From assembly GCA_964385715.1 (NCBI GenBank), contig CAYLRE010000002.1, positions 1,427 to 65,426 on the forward strand: a DNA stretch of 64,000 nucleotides, in the 5' to 3' direction. The translations under genes and the position numbers were made by a program. Of this stretch, positions 1-9,197 are shown piece by piece. Within the stretch, counting starts at the first letter, position 1. Every line of letters begins with the position of its first letter. Under the pieces are notes generated by a model, which made no database searches, was not told the DNA's origin, and saw only the letters and a list, made by a program, of their open reading frames with translations. The DNA comes from an uncultured Planctomycetaceae bacterium. Its GTDB lineage: Bacteria > Planctomycetota > Planctomycetia > Pirellulales > UBA7805.

Positions 1-141
1 AAGAAGGGTCGCCCCACGCACCTGAAGCTGGCCGACGAACTCGTCGCCGCCTACGGTCGTGAAGGTGCCGCCATGACGCGTCGCCAGAACGTGCACCGCA
101 TGGCCGATGCGAACAAGGCGTTTGCCCACTTCGCCTGGTAA
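1..141 (+). CDS. rpsG: 30S ribosomal protein S7, 3' end only (gene starts upstream of the window)
   Basis: Frame 1 reads [46 protein letters not shown], then TAA at 139-141. The ANKAFAH-x-x-W C-terminus is typical of S7. It lies directly upstream of fusA, as in the str operon. Confidence 0.85.
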   Translation, partial: KKGRPTHLKLADELVAAYGREGAAMTRRQNVHRMADANKAFAHFAW

Positions 142-318
142 AAACCGAACGATACATTTCGCCGCGCTGACAATCGTCCCACTGACGTATCAGCGCGGCG
201 TTGTTATGCGCGCTGCAAGCCCTCGCCATGGCGATCGGCTGCAACGTTGTTTCACCCCGCTGGTCCTTACCTCGAGTGGCCAAGTCTTCAATCGACGCCC
301 CTTTCCATCGACAGCGCC

Positions 319-2394
319 ATGGCACGCAAGCTCGAAAACCTGCGAAACATCGGCATCATCGCCCACATCGATGCCGGCAAGACAACGCTCACCGAGCGGA
401 TGCTCTTCTATGCCGGACAAACCCATCGCATGGGCGAAGTCGATAAGGGTACGACAAAGACCGACTTCGATGAAGAAGAACAACAACGCGGCATCACGAT
501 CTACGCCGCTTGCATCACGTTCGACTGGAAAAACACCACGATCAATCTGATCGACACGCCCGGCCACGTCGATTTCACGGCCGAAGTGGAGCGCTGTCTA
601 CGCGTGCTTGATGGCGGCGTGGTCGTGTTCAGCGCTCGCGAAGGCGTCGAGGCTCAAAGCGAAACAGTCTGGCGTCAGGCCGATCGCTACGGCGTGCCCC
701 GGATCGCGATGATCAACAAGATGGACCGCGAGGGAGCCGACTTCGAGTCGGTCATCGGCGAGATCGAAAAGCGGCTCGAAGGCAACCCGGTCGTGCTACA
801 GATCCCGATCGGTGCCGGCCCTCCGCACGTCGACGACGCTTTCCGCGGCATCATCGACCTAGTGACGATGAAGCAGCTCCAGTTCGGCGACGCCTCGAAG
901 GACACCAAGGTCACGGTCAGCGACATCCCGGAAGAAGAGCTCGAACGGGCCGAAGAATGCCGAGCCGAGATGCTTGAGAAGCTGTACGACTACAGCAATG
1001 AGCTGATGGAGCTGGGCCTGGAAGAAGCCCCGGTACCGGAAAAGCTACTCAAGAAGGTCATTCGCGACGCCACCGTCCACCGCCTCATCCAGCCGGTCTT
1101 CTGCGGCTCGGCTCTCGACTGCATCGGCGTCCAACCGATTCTTGATGCGGTGGCTGACTACCTACCCAGCCCGGCCGATATGCCTCCCGTTGAAGGTGTC
1201 GACCCCAAGAAGGACGACAAAGCCCAAAAACGGAACCCCAGCCCCGACGAGCCCTTCTGCGGCCTCGTCTTCAAGGTTCAGGCTGAAAAGCATGGCGACT
1301 TGGCCTACGTCCGGGTCTACTCCGGCAAGCTCGCGCCCAACACCCGGCTGTTCAACCCTGGCAAGGACAAGAAAGACAATGCAGCTCAGCTGTGGCACGT
1401 CCAGCCTGGCGGCAAGGAGGATCAGGTAAAAGAGGTCGAGGCGGGCGATATCGTCGGCGTAATCGGCCTGAGGCACTCGGTCACCGGTGACACGATCTGC
1501 GACACCCAGAATCCAATCCTGCTGGAACAGATCCAGTTCCCAGAAACGGTCATCTCGATGGCGATCGAGCCGGAATCCTCGACCGAGCGAAAGAAGCTCA
1601 GCGAGACGCTCGACCTGATGAAACGCCAGGATCCGACATTTCGGGCCACTGAGTACGAGGAGACCGGCCAGACGCTGATCAGCGGCATGGGCGAGCTCCA
1701 CCTGGAAGTCATCAAGCACCGCCTGCTCCGCGACTTCAACCTGGACGTGAAAGTCCACAAACCACGGGTCAGCTACCGCGAAACGGTCCAGAACGAGGTC
1801 GAAGTGGAGGCCGAAAGCCACCGCCAAATCGCCGGACAAGACACTTTCGCCAAACTCAAGGTCCAACTCACCCCCCTTTCGGACAGCAATAAGCCAGTCT
1901 CTGTGAGCGCCGGATTCGTCGAAGGAGTCCCGGCAGCCCTATTGCAGGCGGCTCGCGAGGAGCTGGAAATGCTCGCCACCGGCGGCGGCCATTACGGATT
2001 TCCGCTCACCCGCGTGAAGTTCCGGATCAGCGGCGGCGAAGCTCGTGATGGCGAATCGACAGAAGCCGCATTCCGCATCGCGGCCGGCGAGGCCTTCGAC
2101 AAGGCGCTCAAGGAAGCGGGGGTGGTTCTGCTCGAACCAATTATGAACCTGGAAATAGTCACGCCCGAGGAGAATTTGGGCGATATTATAGCTAATTTGC
2201 AGCAAAAACGGGCTCTCATCCACAGCACCGACCCCCGTGGCCGCAATACCGTCATCAGCGCCGAAGCCCCCCTGGCCTCCCTGTTTGGGTTTGCCGGCGA
2301 ACTTCGCGGCCTGAGCCAGGGTCGAGCAACCTGCTCTATGGAGCCGGCGGCGTACGGACCAGCGCCGCCTGATGTGATGGAGGCGTTGGTTTAG
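319..2394 (+). CDS. fusA: Elongation factor G
   Basis: Has GTPase motifs [17 protein letters not shown] and NKMD, is 691 aa long and follows rpsG. Start set at ATG 319 ([23 protein letters not shown]); the ORF-track start at 247 adds 24 non-conserved residues. Confidence 0.92.
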   Translation: [691 protein letters not shown]

Positions 2395-2624
2395 GATCGC
2401 GTCGGGGAGTGAATTTGGCACCCCTGGAGAGTCCACAAAAAATAATTACGCATCCACGCATGCATGCCCTTTACAGAAAGCGGAAGACCGCTTAAGATTT
2501 TTGGTTTCCCCTGAACTCAAGGGGACGAACGGGAACGTCCCGTTATGAACTGCGTCTGGCTCACTGGGCCATTCGCGAAGAAACACGGGAAACACCCAGG
2601 CAAGAGATTTAATTAGGAGTCGAG

Positions 2625-2951
2625 TTGGTGGCGAAGGCACAAGAAATTATCCGCATCCGCATGGAAGCCTATGACCACTCGGTCTTGGATCAGAGTGCGG
2701 CCGACATTGTGGACACTGCCAAGCGAACCAACTCGGAGGTCCACGGACCGATTCCGCTGCCGACGCGTATCGAACGCTACACGGTGCTCTCCAGTCCCCA
2801 CGTGGACAAGAAGGCTCGTCAGCAGTTCGAAATTCGCACTCACAAGAGGCTGATCGACATCGTCCAGGCAACCGCCAAGACGATCGAGGCGCTCAACAAG
2901 TTGAGTCTTCCGGCTGGCGTGGACATCAAGATTAAAGCCTCACGCAAGTAA
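2625..2951 (+). CDS. rpsJ: 30S ribosomal protein S10
   Basis: Contains [17 protein letters not shown]...GPIPLPT...[28 protein letters not shown], characteristic of S10. Start is TTG 2625 or GTG 2628, with AGGAG at 2615-2619. Confidence 0.93.
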   Translation: MVAKAQEIIRIRMEAYDHSVLDQSAADIVDTAKRTNSEVHGPIPLPTRIERYTVLSSPHVDKKARQQFEIRTHKRLIDIVQATAKTIEALNKLSLPAGVDIKIKASRK

Positions 2952-3119
2952 GGCATACGGATAAAGGCGGGAACGGCCGCGGAGCTCTGCCCCTCGGTTC
3001 GATCCGTTCTTCCATAAAACGATAAATCGGAGCTTTCATGCCCTGGAAGCTACGTGGGTAAACTGGGACACAAGTCGCACGTTCCCACGATTAGCGTCAA
3101 CACGAGCAGGATCAACGTC

Positions 3120-3806
3120 ATGGCGATTGGATTACTCGGCCGCAAGGTCGGGATGACACAACTATATGATGAAGCGGGCGCAGTTATCCCGGTAACGGTG
3201 ATCGAAGCTGGCCCCTGTAATGTCCTGCAAGTGCGGACGCAAGACCGCGACGGCTACGAAGCGGTCCAGCTCGGCTATCTCGACCGCCCTCGTCGTTTGG
3301 CGAGCCGCTCTGAGCGAGGTCACGTTGCCAAGATCGAAAGCAAGCGATCGAAGCGTCGTGCTGCCGCTGGCGTCGAACTTCTCCCCAAGCCCGACTGCGA
3401 ACCGAAGCGTTACGTACGCGAATTCCGTGGTTCGATTGACGGCGTGGAAGTTGGCCAAGAGGTCGGCGTTGACACCTTCGCTGAAGTCGGTCGCATCGAC
3501 GTGGTTGGCACCAGCAAGGGCCGCGGCTTCTCGGGAGCCATGAAGCGACACAACTTTGCCGGACAGCGTGCTTCGCACGGTGTTAAGAAGTGCCATCGCC
3601 ATCTAGGTGGTACCGGCTGCAGTGCCTACCCCTCGCGTCTCTTCAAAGGAAAGAAGATGCCGGGTCAGTATGGCTCGACTCGCTGCACCGTTCGCAACTT
3701 GAAGCTTGTGAGCGTCGACTCGGACAAGAACCTACTCGTTGTACGCGGAGCGATCCCGGGCCCCAATGGCGGCATGGTGATGATTCGCGAGACCAACAAA
3801 CTATAA
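3120..3806 (+). CDS. rplC: 50S ribosomal protein L3
   Basis: MAIGLLGRKVGMTQLYDEAG is a typical L3 N-terminus. Start is ATG 3120; the track start at 3054 is an upstream extension. Order matches the S10 operon. Confidence 0.92.
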   Translation: MAIGLLGRKVGMTQLYDEAGAVIPVTVIEAGPCNVLQVRTQDRDGYEAVQLGYLDRPRRLASRSERGHVAKIESKRSKRRAAAGVELLPKPDCEPKRYVREFRGSIDGVEVGQEVGVDTFAEVGRIDVVGTSKGRGFSGAMKRHNFAGQRASHGVKKCHRHLGGTGCSAYPSRLFKGKKMPGQYGSTRCTVRNLKLVSVDSDKNLLVVRGAIPGPNGGMVMIRETNKL

Positions 3807-3849
3807 CAGGACTGGCTTTGCGCACCCGCGTGAAGCCTTTTTTATTGCC

Positions 3850-4497
3850 ATGGCTAGTACGCAACTTCCCGTCTTCGATTCGACCGGCAAGCAGGTCGGC
3901 ACGTACGATATCGATCCGACTGAACTGGCGCCGCGCATCAACAAGCAGTTGTTGCACGACGTGGTCGTGATGTATCAGGCCAACCAGCGACAAGGCAGCG
4001 CTCAGACCAAGAGCCGCAGCGACGTCGCCGGTTCGACCAAGAAGATGTATCGCCAAAAGGGAACGGGTAACGCCCGAGCCGGCTCGAAGCGAAGTGGTAT
4101 CCGCACCGGCGGTGGTCACATTTTCGCCAAGCGACCTCGCGACTATTCGTATCGCCTGCCCCGCAAGGCGGTCCAAAAAGCGACGCGGATGGCCGTCGCC
4201 TCCAAGATCATCGACGACGAGATCACGGTGATCGATGACTTGAAGTTCGCCGAACCGAAGACCCGCGACATGGCGGCGATTTTGAAGTCGCTCGGCATCG
4301 ACAACACCAGCCTGCTGGTGGCTATCGCTGAGAGCGACGTCAATGTTTACAAGAGCACTCGCAACATCGACCAGGTTTCGGTGCAGCCGATCTCCGACAT
4401 CAACGCCCTGAGCGTACTTTCGCCGCGGCGAATGTTGGTGACCAAGGCCGCCCTCGACTCGCTGCGTGAACGAGCTGCCGCCAAGAAGACCGCTTAA
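3850..4497 (+). CDS. rplD: 50S ribosomal protein L4
   Basis: 215 aa with KKMYRQKGTGNARAGSKRSGIRTGGGHIF, an L4 motif, and conserved operon position. Confidence 0.92.
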   Translation: MASTQLPVFDSTGKQVGTYDIDPTELAPRINKQLLHDVVVMYQANQRQGSAQTKSRSDVAGSTKKMYRQKGTGNARAGSKRSGIRTGGGHIFAKRPRDYSYRLPRKAVQKATRMAVASKIIDDEITVIDDLKFAEPKTRDMAAILKSLGIDNTSLLVAIAESDVNVYKSTRNIDQVSVQPISDINALSVLSPRRMLVTKAALDSLRERAAAKKTA

Positions 4498-4554
4498 ACG
4501 CGGCGACAAGAATCAAGACACTGAAATCCTCGACGGACGAAAGCGTAAATCACA

Positions 4555-4896
4555 ATGCCAGTCGACAAAGTCAATAAGTTTGCCGTCAAGCATGCCGGAA
4601 CGACCTCGATGAAACTTGCTCCGCAGCAAGTGGTCCTCCGTCCGCTGGTGACTGAAAAAGGCATGTACCAGAGCGAAAACCACCACGCCCACGCGTTTGA
4701 GGTGAATCCTCTGGCCAATAAGCACGACATCCGGGCCGCCGTTGAAGAACTGTTCGACGTGAAGGTCGTCGATGTCCGTACGCAGAACCGTCGCGGTAAG
4801 CCTCGTCGCAGCCGCTTCCGTTTCGGCTACACACAAAACACGAAGCGAGCGATCGTCAAACTGCATCCTGAATCGAAGACGATCGACTTCTTCTAA
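4555..4896 (+). CDS. rplW: 50S ribosomal protein L23
   Basis: VVLRPLVTEKGMYQ...FEVNPLANKHDIRAAVEELFDVKV resembles L23, and synteny agrees. Start is uncertain: ATG 4555, or ATG 4609 (MKLAPQQ), which gives the more usual ~95 aa. Confidence 0.85.
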   Translation: MPVDKVNKFAVKHAGTTSMKLAPQQVVLRPLVTEKGMYQSENHHAHAFEVNPLANKHDIRAAVEELFDVKVVDVRTQNRRGKPRRSRFRFGYTQNTKRAIVKLHPESKTIDFF

Positions 4897-4979
4897 AGAA
4901 CCTCGCTTAATTAAAGACCACGCCCGCTGATGCGGGACTCGAAACCACTACAGAACACCAACGTTGAAGACGAACTGAC

Positions 4980-5840
4980 ATGGGTATTCGACGATACAAA
5001 CCGACGACGCCGGGACGCCGCGGCGCGAGCGTGAGTGACTTCGCGGAGCTCACAGCTGGTGCTAAGCCGGCCAAGCGATTGCTGCGTTCCAAGCGCAAGA
5101 CCGGCGGTCGTAACAACCAAGGCAAGATCACGGCCCGTCATCGCGGCGGTGGTCACAAGCAGCGTTACCGCCAGATCGACTTCAAGCGAAACAAGGACGG
5201 CATTCCGGCCAAGGTTGATTCGATCCAATACGATCCGAATCGCAGCTGCCGCATCGCCCTGTTGAACTATGTCGATGGCGAGAAGCGATACATTCTCGCT
5301 CCCGAAGGGCTGGAAGCTGGTGCCCGCGTTGAAAGCGGTGCCGAGGCCCCGCCGAATGTCGGCAACTGCCTGCCGCTCTCTGCCATGCCTTTGGGCGTGA
5401 CTGTGCATTGCGTTGAAATGCGACCTGGCCGTGGTGGCGTGATGTGTCGCAGTGCCGGAACGAGTGCGGTCCTCGCCGCTCGCGAAGCCGACTGGGCTCA
5501 GCTGACGCTTCCCAGTGGTGAAATTCGTCGTGTTCCCAGTGCCTGTCGTGCCACGATCGGCGTCTGCGGAAACTCCGACCACATGAACATTGTGCTGGGT
5601 AAGGCCGGTCGCAAGCGTTGGATGGGCCGTCGCCCTCACGTTCGTGGTACCGCCATGAACCCGGTCGATCACCCGCACGGTGGTGGCGAAGGTCGCACCA
5701 AGGGTGGTCGTCACCCCGTCAGCCCGACCGGCAAGTCGGCCAAGGGTGGCAAGACACGTTACCGACGCAAACCATCGAACGCCGCGATCGTCCGTCGGCG
5801 TCGTAGCAAGCGTTACGGTCTCCAGAAGCTCAAGAAGTAA
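4980..5840 (+). CDS. rplB: 50S ribosomal protein L2
   Basis: Contains [27 protein letters not shown] and [14 protein letters not shown], all L2 motifs. Confidence 0.95.
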   Translation: MGIRRYKPTTPGRRGASVSDFAELTAGAKPAKRLLRSKRKTGGRNNQGKITARHRGGGHKQRYRQIDFKRNKDGIPAKVDSIQYDPNRSCRIALLNYVDGEKRYILAPEGLEAGARVESGAEAPPNVGNCLPLSAMPLGVTVHCVEMRPGRGGVMCRSAGTSAVLAAREADWAQLTLPSGEIRRVPSACRATIGVCGNSDHMNIVLGKAGRKRWMGRRPHVRGTAMNPVDHPHGGGEGRTKGGRHPVSPTGKSAKGGKTRYRRKPSNAAIVRRRRSKRYGLQKLKK

Positions 5841-5888
5841 GGTTCACTGCCTGGCGCTTGTCGCCACCAACGAAATACAAGACCAACT

Positions 5889-6158
5889 ATGGGAAGATCG
5901 CTTAAAAAAGGCCCGTACGTCGACGCCAAGCTGTTCGCCAAAGTGGACAAGGCCATTGCCAGCGGCGACAAGTCACCGATTACCACGTGGGCTCGTGCCT
6001 GCACGATCGTGCCGGAGTTCGTCGGCTACACGTTCATGGTGCACAACGGCAAGAATCATTTGAAAGTCTTTGTCACCGAAGACATGGTCGGTCACAAGCT
6101 GGGCGAGTTCTCTCCCACACGTACCTTCCGCGGTCACGGTGGTAAGGGAAAACGTTAA
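5889..6158 (+). CDS. rpsS: 30S ribosomal protein S19
   Basis: [12 protein letters not shown]...[23 protein letters not shown] matches S19; 89 aa. Confidence 0.95.
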   Translation: MGRSLKKGPYVDAKLFAKVDKAIASGDKSPITTWARACTIVPEFVGYTFMVHNGKNHLKVFVTEDMVGHKLGEFSPTRTFRGHGGKGKR

Positions 6159-6237
6159 AGCAAACGTAACGAATCATGAGTGGCCCCCCTGCCGCAGCCC
6201 TCTGCTTCAGGACACCACGAAACAGCGAAATATCATC

Positions 6238-6564
6238 ATGGGCTATCCTGCAACACACAAATACGCTCGCATCAGTGCTCGCAAAGTGCGACCGCTGGCC
6301 GATATGGTTCGAGGACTCTATGCCGACGAGGCACTTGAGCTATTGCGTTACCAACCTCAACGAGGTGCCCGCCTCTTGGAGAAGGTCATCAAGAGCGCTC
6401 TCGGTAACGCCGAAGACCTGCGTGAACGAAACATTCAAGGCCTACGAGTTATCGAAGCCCGCATCGATGGCGGCCCGATGTTCAAGCGGATGCGTCCGAG
6501 AGCCCGCGGTATGGCACACATCATCAAGAAGCGAACGGCGCACATTCGCGTCGAGTTGGGTTAG
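6238..6564 (+). CDS. rplV: 50S ribosomal protein L22
   Basis: ARISARKVRPLADMVRG...ALELLRYQP...AHIRVEL matches L22. Start is ATG 6238; the track start at 6070 overlaps rpsS and is rejected. Confidence 0.9.
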   Translation: MGYPATHKYARISARKVRPLADMVRGLYADEALELLRYQPQRGARLLEKVIKSALGNAEDLRERNIQGLRVIEARIDGGPMFKRMRPRARGMAHIIKKRTAHIRVELG

Positions 6565-6628
6565 TCCTTAGCACTGCCCCGCGTAAGAAACATCAACCAG
6601 CACACGACGACTTAAACGAGACAAATTC

Positions 6629-7327
6629 ATGGGTCAAAAAATCAATCCTGTTGGATTTCGCACCGGTGTTATGACCGGCTGGAAGAGTCGCTGGTACGCG
6701 TCGAAGAAGGACTTCTCCGACCTGCTGGTCGAAGACTTCAAGCTGCGAAACTTCATCAAGACCAAATACCGGTATGCCGGTATTCCGAAGGTCGAGATCG
6801 AACGCACCCGCGACGAAGTCAAGGTTGTCCTGCACACCGCCCGACCGGGCATCATCATTGGCCGCAAGGGCCAAGAGGTGGAACGCCTGCAGGCCGAACT
6901 GCAGGACCTGGTCGGACGTCGCATCAATATCAAGATTGAAGAGATCTCGCGACCGGAGCTGCAAGCTCAGTTGGTTGCTGAGGATATCGCCGAACAACTA
7001 CAGAAGCGCTCGAGCTTCCGCCGCACGATGAAGCGGGCCATGGAACAGACCATGGAAGCGGGAGCCAAGGGCATCAAGATTCAACTCGCTGGTCGACTTG
7101 GTGGAGCCGAAATGGCCCGCCGCGAAAAGCAGATCAGCGGTTCGATCCCGCTCTCCACGTTGCGAGCGAAGATCGATTACGGATTTGTTGAGGCCAAAAC
7201 GGCCCAAGGACATATCGGGATCCAAGTTTGGGTCAATCAGGGAGTTTACCAAGAGGACGAGACCGATGGCGCAGATGCCGAAGCGGGTCAAGCACCGAAA
7301 ATGCCAAAGAGGTCGTATAAGAGGTAA
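6629..7327 (+). CDS. rpsC: 30S ribosomal protein S3
   Basis: MGQKINPVGFRTGV is an S3 N-terminus and GIIIGRKGQEVERL is a KH-domain GxxG motif. 232 aa, with a charged C-terminal tail that overlaps the rplP start. Confidence 0.92.
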   Translation: MGQKINPVGFRTGVMTGWKSRWYASKKDFSDLLVEDFKLRNFIKTKYRYAGIPKVEIERTRDEVKVVLHTARPGIIIGRKGQEVERLQAELQDLVGRRINIKIEEISRPELQAQLVAEDIAEQLQKRSSFRRTMKRAMEQTMEAGAKGIKIQLAGRLGGAEMARREKQISGSIPLSTLRAKIDYGFVEAKTAQGHIGIQVWVNQGVYQEDETDGADAEAGQAPKMPKRSYKR

Positions 7328-7682
7328 CGCCTCTCGCGGCAACAAAGTCAACTTCGGTGACTTTGGGCTGCAATCGACCGAAGGTGGCTGGATTAGTGCT
7401 GCCACGATTGAAGCGGGTCGTATCGCGGCGCAGCAGTATCTGCGCGGTGACGGCCAGCTCTATATACGAATTTTTCCCCACAAGCCGATTACCTCGATCC
7501 CGCTCGAAACTCGAATGGGTAAAGGTAAGGGTGAACCGGACTATTGGGCCGCCGTGGTCAAGCCGGGAACCATCCTTTACGAGATCGGTGGTGTGTCGGA
7601 AGACGCGGCTCGCCTGTGCTTTGCCCGACTGGCGCATAAGCTGCCGGTTCGCGTCCGCATGACCAAGCGACGTACCGCTTAA
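7275..7682 (+). CDS. rplP: 50S ribosomal protein L16
   Basis: MPKRVKHRKCQRGRIRG...RMGKGKGEPDYWAAVVKPG matches L16. Start is ATG 7275 or ATG 7266 (MAQMPKR); either overlaps the end of rpsC. Confidence 0.9.
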   Translation: MPKRVKHRKCQRGRIRGNASRGNKVNFGDFGLQSTEGGWISAATIEAGRIAAQQYLRGDGQLYIRIFPHKPITSIPLETRMGKGKGEPDYWAAVVKPGTILYEIGGVSEDAARLCFARLAHKLPVRVRMTKRRTA

Positions 7683-7733
7683 CCCAGCCACGGATTATTC
7701 GAAACCGTTCATTAACGTTATTGAGTCGACGCC

Positions 7734-7976
7734 ATGAGCCATCGCGATATTGTCGAGCTTCGTGAAATGAGTGACGAGCACCTGGAGCTCGCGCTTAACG
7801 AGACTCGCGAGAACTTTTTTCGCTTGAAGATTCAAGCTCAGACGGAGCGTCTCGACGCCCCCACGGAACTGCAACGCAGCCGCAAGCACATTGCTCGCAT
7901 CAAGACGATTCAGAACGAACGTCAGCGAGCCGGTGCTGGTGAAGCGGCCAGTGAAGCGAGTGCCGAGTCGAAGTAA
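7734..7976 (+). CDS. rpmC: 50S ribosomal protein L29
   Basis: 80 aa, LELALNETRENFFRLKIQ matches the L29 helical hairpin, and it lies between rplP and rpsQ. Confidence 0.88.
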   Translation: MSHRDIVELREMSDEHLELALNETRENFFRLKIQAQTERLDAPTELQRSRKHIARIKTIQNERQRAGAGEAASEASAESK

Positions 7977-8033
7977 CGCCCTCCACAAAATCACGCCAAA
8001 GCGCGAACACCATTAGTTACGAAAGTCGTAGTT

Positions 8034-8348
8034 ATGCCTAAGAAAGTTGCCATCGGAGTCGTCAAGAGCGACCGTGCTTCGCAGACGCGTCGCGTCGAGA
8101 TGCCGCGATTGATCAAGCATCCGAAGTACAAGAAGTTCATTCGACGTCGCACCGTCTGTCACGTGCACGACGAAGCCAACGAGTCCAAGCTTGGCGACAC
8201 CGTGGAAATCATCGAATGCCGTCCCCGCTCAAAGTCAAAGCGATGGGAATTGCAGCGAGTTGTCGCCAAGAGCACCGCGGTCGACCTGGCTGCCATGCGT
8301 GCCGCCGCCAAAGCGGAAGCTGAGCAAGCTGAAGCGGACAAAGAATAA
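8034..8348 (+). CDS. rpsQ: 30S ribosomal protein S17
   Basis: GVVKSDRASQTRRVEMPRLIKHPKYKKFIRRRTVCHVHDE...GDTVEIIECRPRSKSKRW matches S17. It has an Ala/Glu-rich C-terminal tail. Confidence 0.9.
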   Translation: MPKKVAIGVVKSDRASQTRRVEMPRLIKHPKYKKFIRRRTVCHVHDEANESKLGDTVEIIECRPRSKSKRWELQRVVAKSTAVDLAAMRAAAKAEAEQAEADKE

Positions 8349-8414
8349 GAGATCGAACTGAGCAACGAATAGCGTAAACGTGATAACGCCGCCTGCGGCG
8401 GTGGGATAAGAACC

Positions 8415-8783
8415 ATGATTCAAATGCAAACGCGACTTTCGGTCGCGGATAACACGGGTGCCAAGGAAGTCATGTGCATCAAGGTGCTCGGCGGAAGCCG
8501 TCGCCGTTTTGCCGGCCTGGGCGATGTGATCGTCTGCAGCGTGAAAAGCGTTATCCCCGGAAGCGATGTTAAGAAAAAGTCGGTCGTGAAGGCCGTTATC
8601 GTCCGTTGCCGTAAGCCAACCCGGCGAGCCGACGGAAGTTATGTACGTTTCGACGGCAACGCCGTGGTCCTGATCGACGCCGATCGTAACCCGCGTGGCA
8701 CGCGAATTTTTGGTGCCGTTGCTCGTGAACTGCGTGAGCAACGCTTTATGAAAATTGTCAGCCTCGCGAATGAAGTAGTCTGA
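8415..8783 (+). CDS. rplN: 50S ribosomal protein L14
   Basis: [27 protein letters not shown] matches L14; 122 aa. Confidence 0.95.
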   Translation: MIQMQTRLSVADNTGAKEVMCIKVLGGSRRRFAGLGDVIVCSVKSVIPGSDVKKKSVVKAVIVRCRKPTRRADGSYVRFDGNAVVLIDADRNPRGTRIFGAVARELREQRFMKIVSLANEVV

Positions 8784-9130
8784 TGCATATTCGAATTGAT
8801 GATACCGTCAAAGTGATCTCGGGCGACTATCGCGGCGAGACTGGCAAAGTCTTGAAGGTCCTTCCTTCCAAGAACAAGGTGGTCGTAGAGGGCATCAACA
8901 GTGTCTTCAAGCACGTTCGCCGTAGCCAAAAGAACCCGCAAGGTGGCCGCCTGCAGAAAGAGATGCCGATGTCCGCATCGAATCTGATGCTGGTCTGCCC
9001 CGCCTGTGGAGAAGCCGCTCGCACGGGAAGTCGTTTCCTCGACGACGGCAGCAAGGAACGCTTTTGCAAGAAGTGTGGTGGCGCCGCCGGCGAGATTGCC
9101 CCGGCTCGAGCCGCCCACGCCAAGAAGTAA
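8783..9130 (+). CDS. rplX: 50S ribosomal protein L24 (KOW domain) with a Cys4 motif in the C-terminal hairpin
   Basis: DDTVKVISGDYRGETGKVLKV is a KOW motif. The ATG shares one base with the rplN TGA. CPAC...CKKC lies in the C-terminal part. Confidence 0.9.
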   Translation: MHIRIDDTVKVISGDYRGETGKVLKVLPSKNKVVVEGINSVFKHVRRSQKNPQGGRLQKEMPMSASNLMLVCPACGEAARTGSRFLDDGSKERFCKKCGGAAGEIAPARAAHAKK

Positions 9131-9197
9131 CGTCCGCACGCAAGTAACGACGCCACAAAACAAATAACGCCCCAACACAAGACAGTTTGAGCCGGTT

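Noticed and set aside
247-318. Upstream-extended start codons proposed by the ORF track (247, 3054, 6070, 7098, 12546, 17448, 25835, 26813, 26798, 32253, 44722, 45799)
   Set aside because: In each case a downstream start gives the conserved family N-terminus or a signal peptide, and avoids overlap with the preceding gene. The extensions are non-conserved and often overlap neighbours.
2446-2640. 64-aa minus-strand ORF inside the fusA-rpsJ spacer
   Set aside because: It is antisense to the rpsJ ribosome-binding region and overlaps the hairpins. No motif is present, and it is more plausibly non-coding leader sequence.
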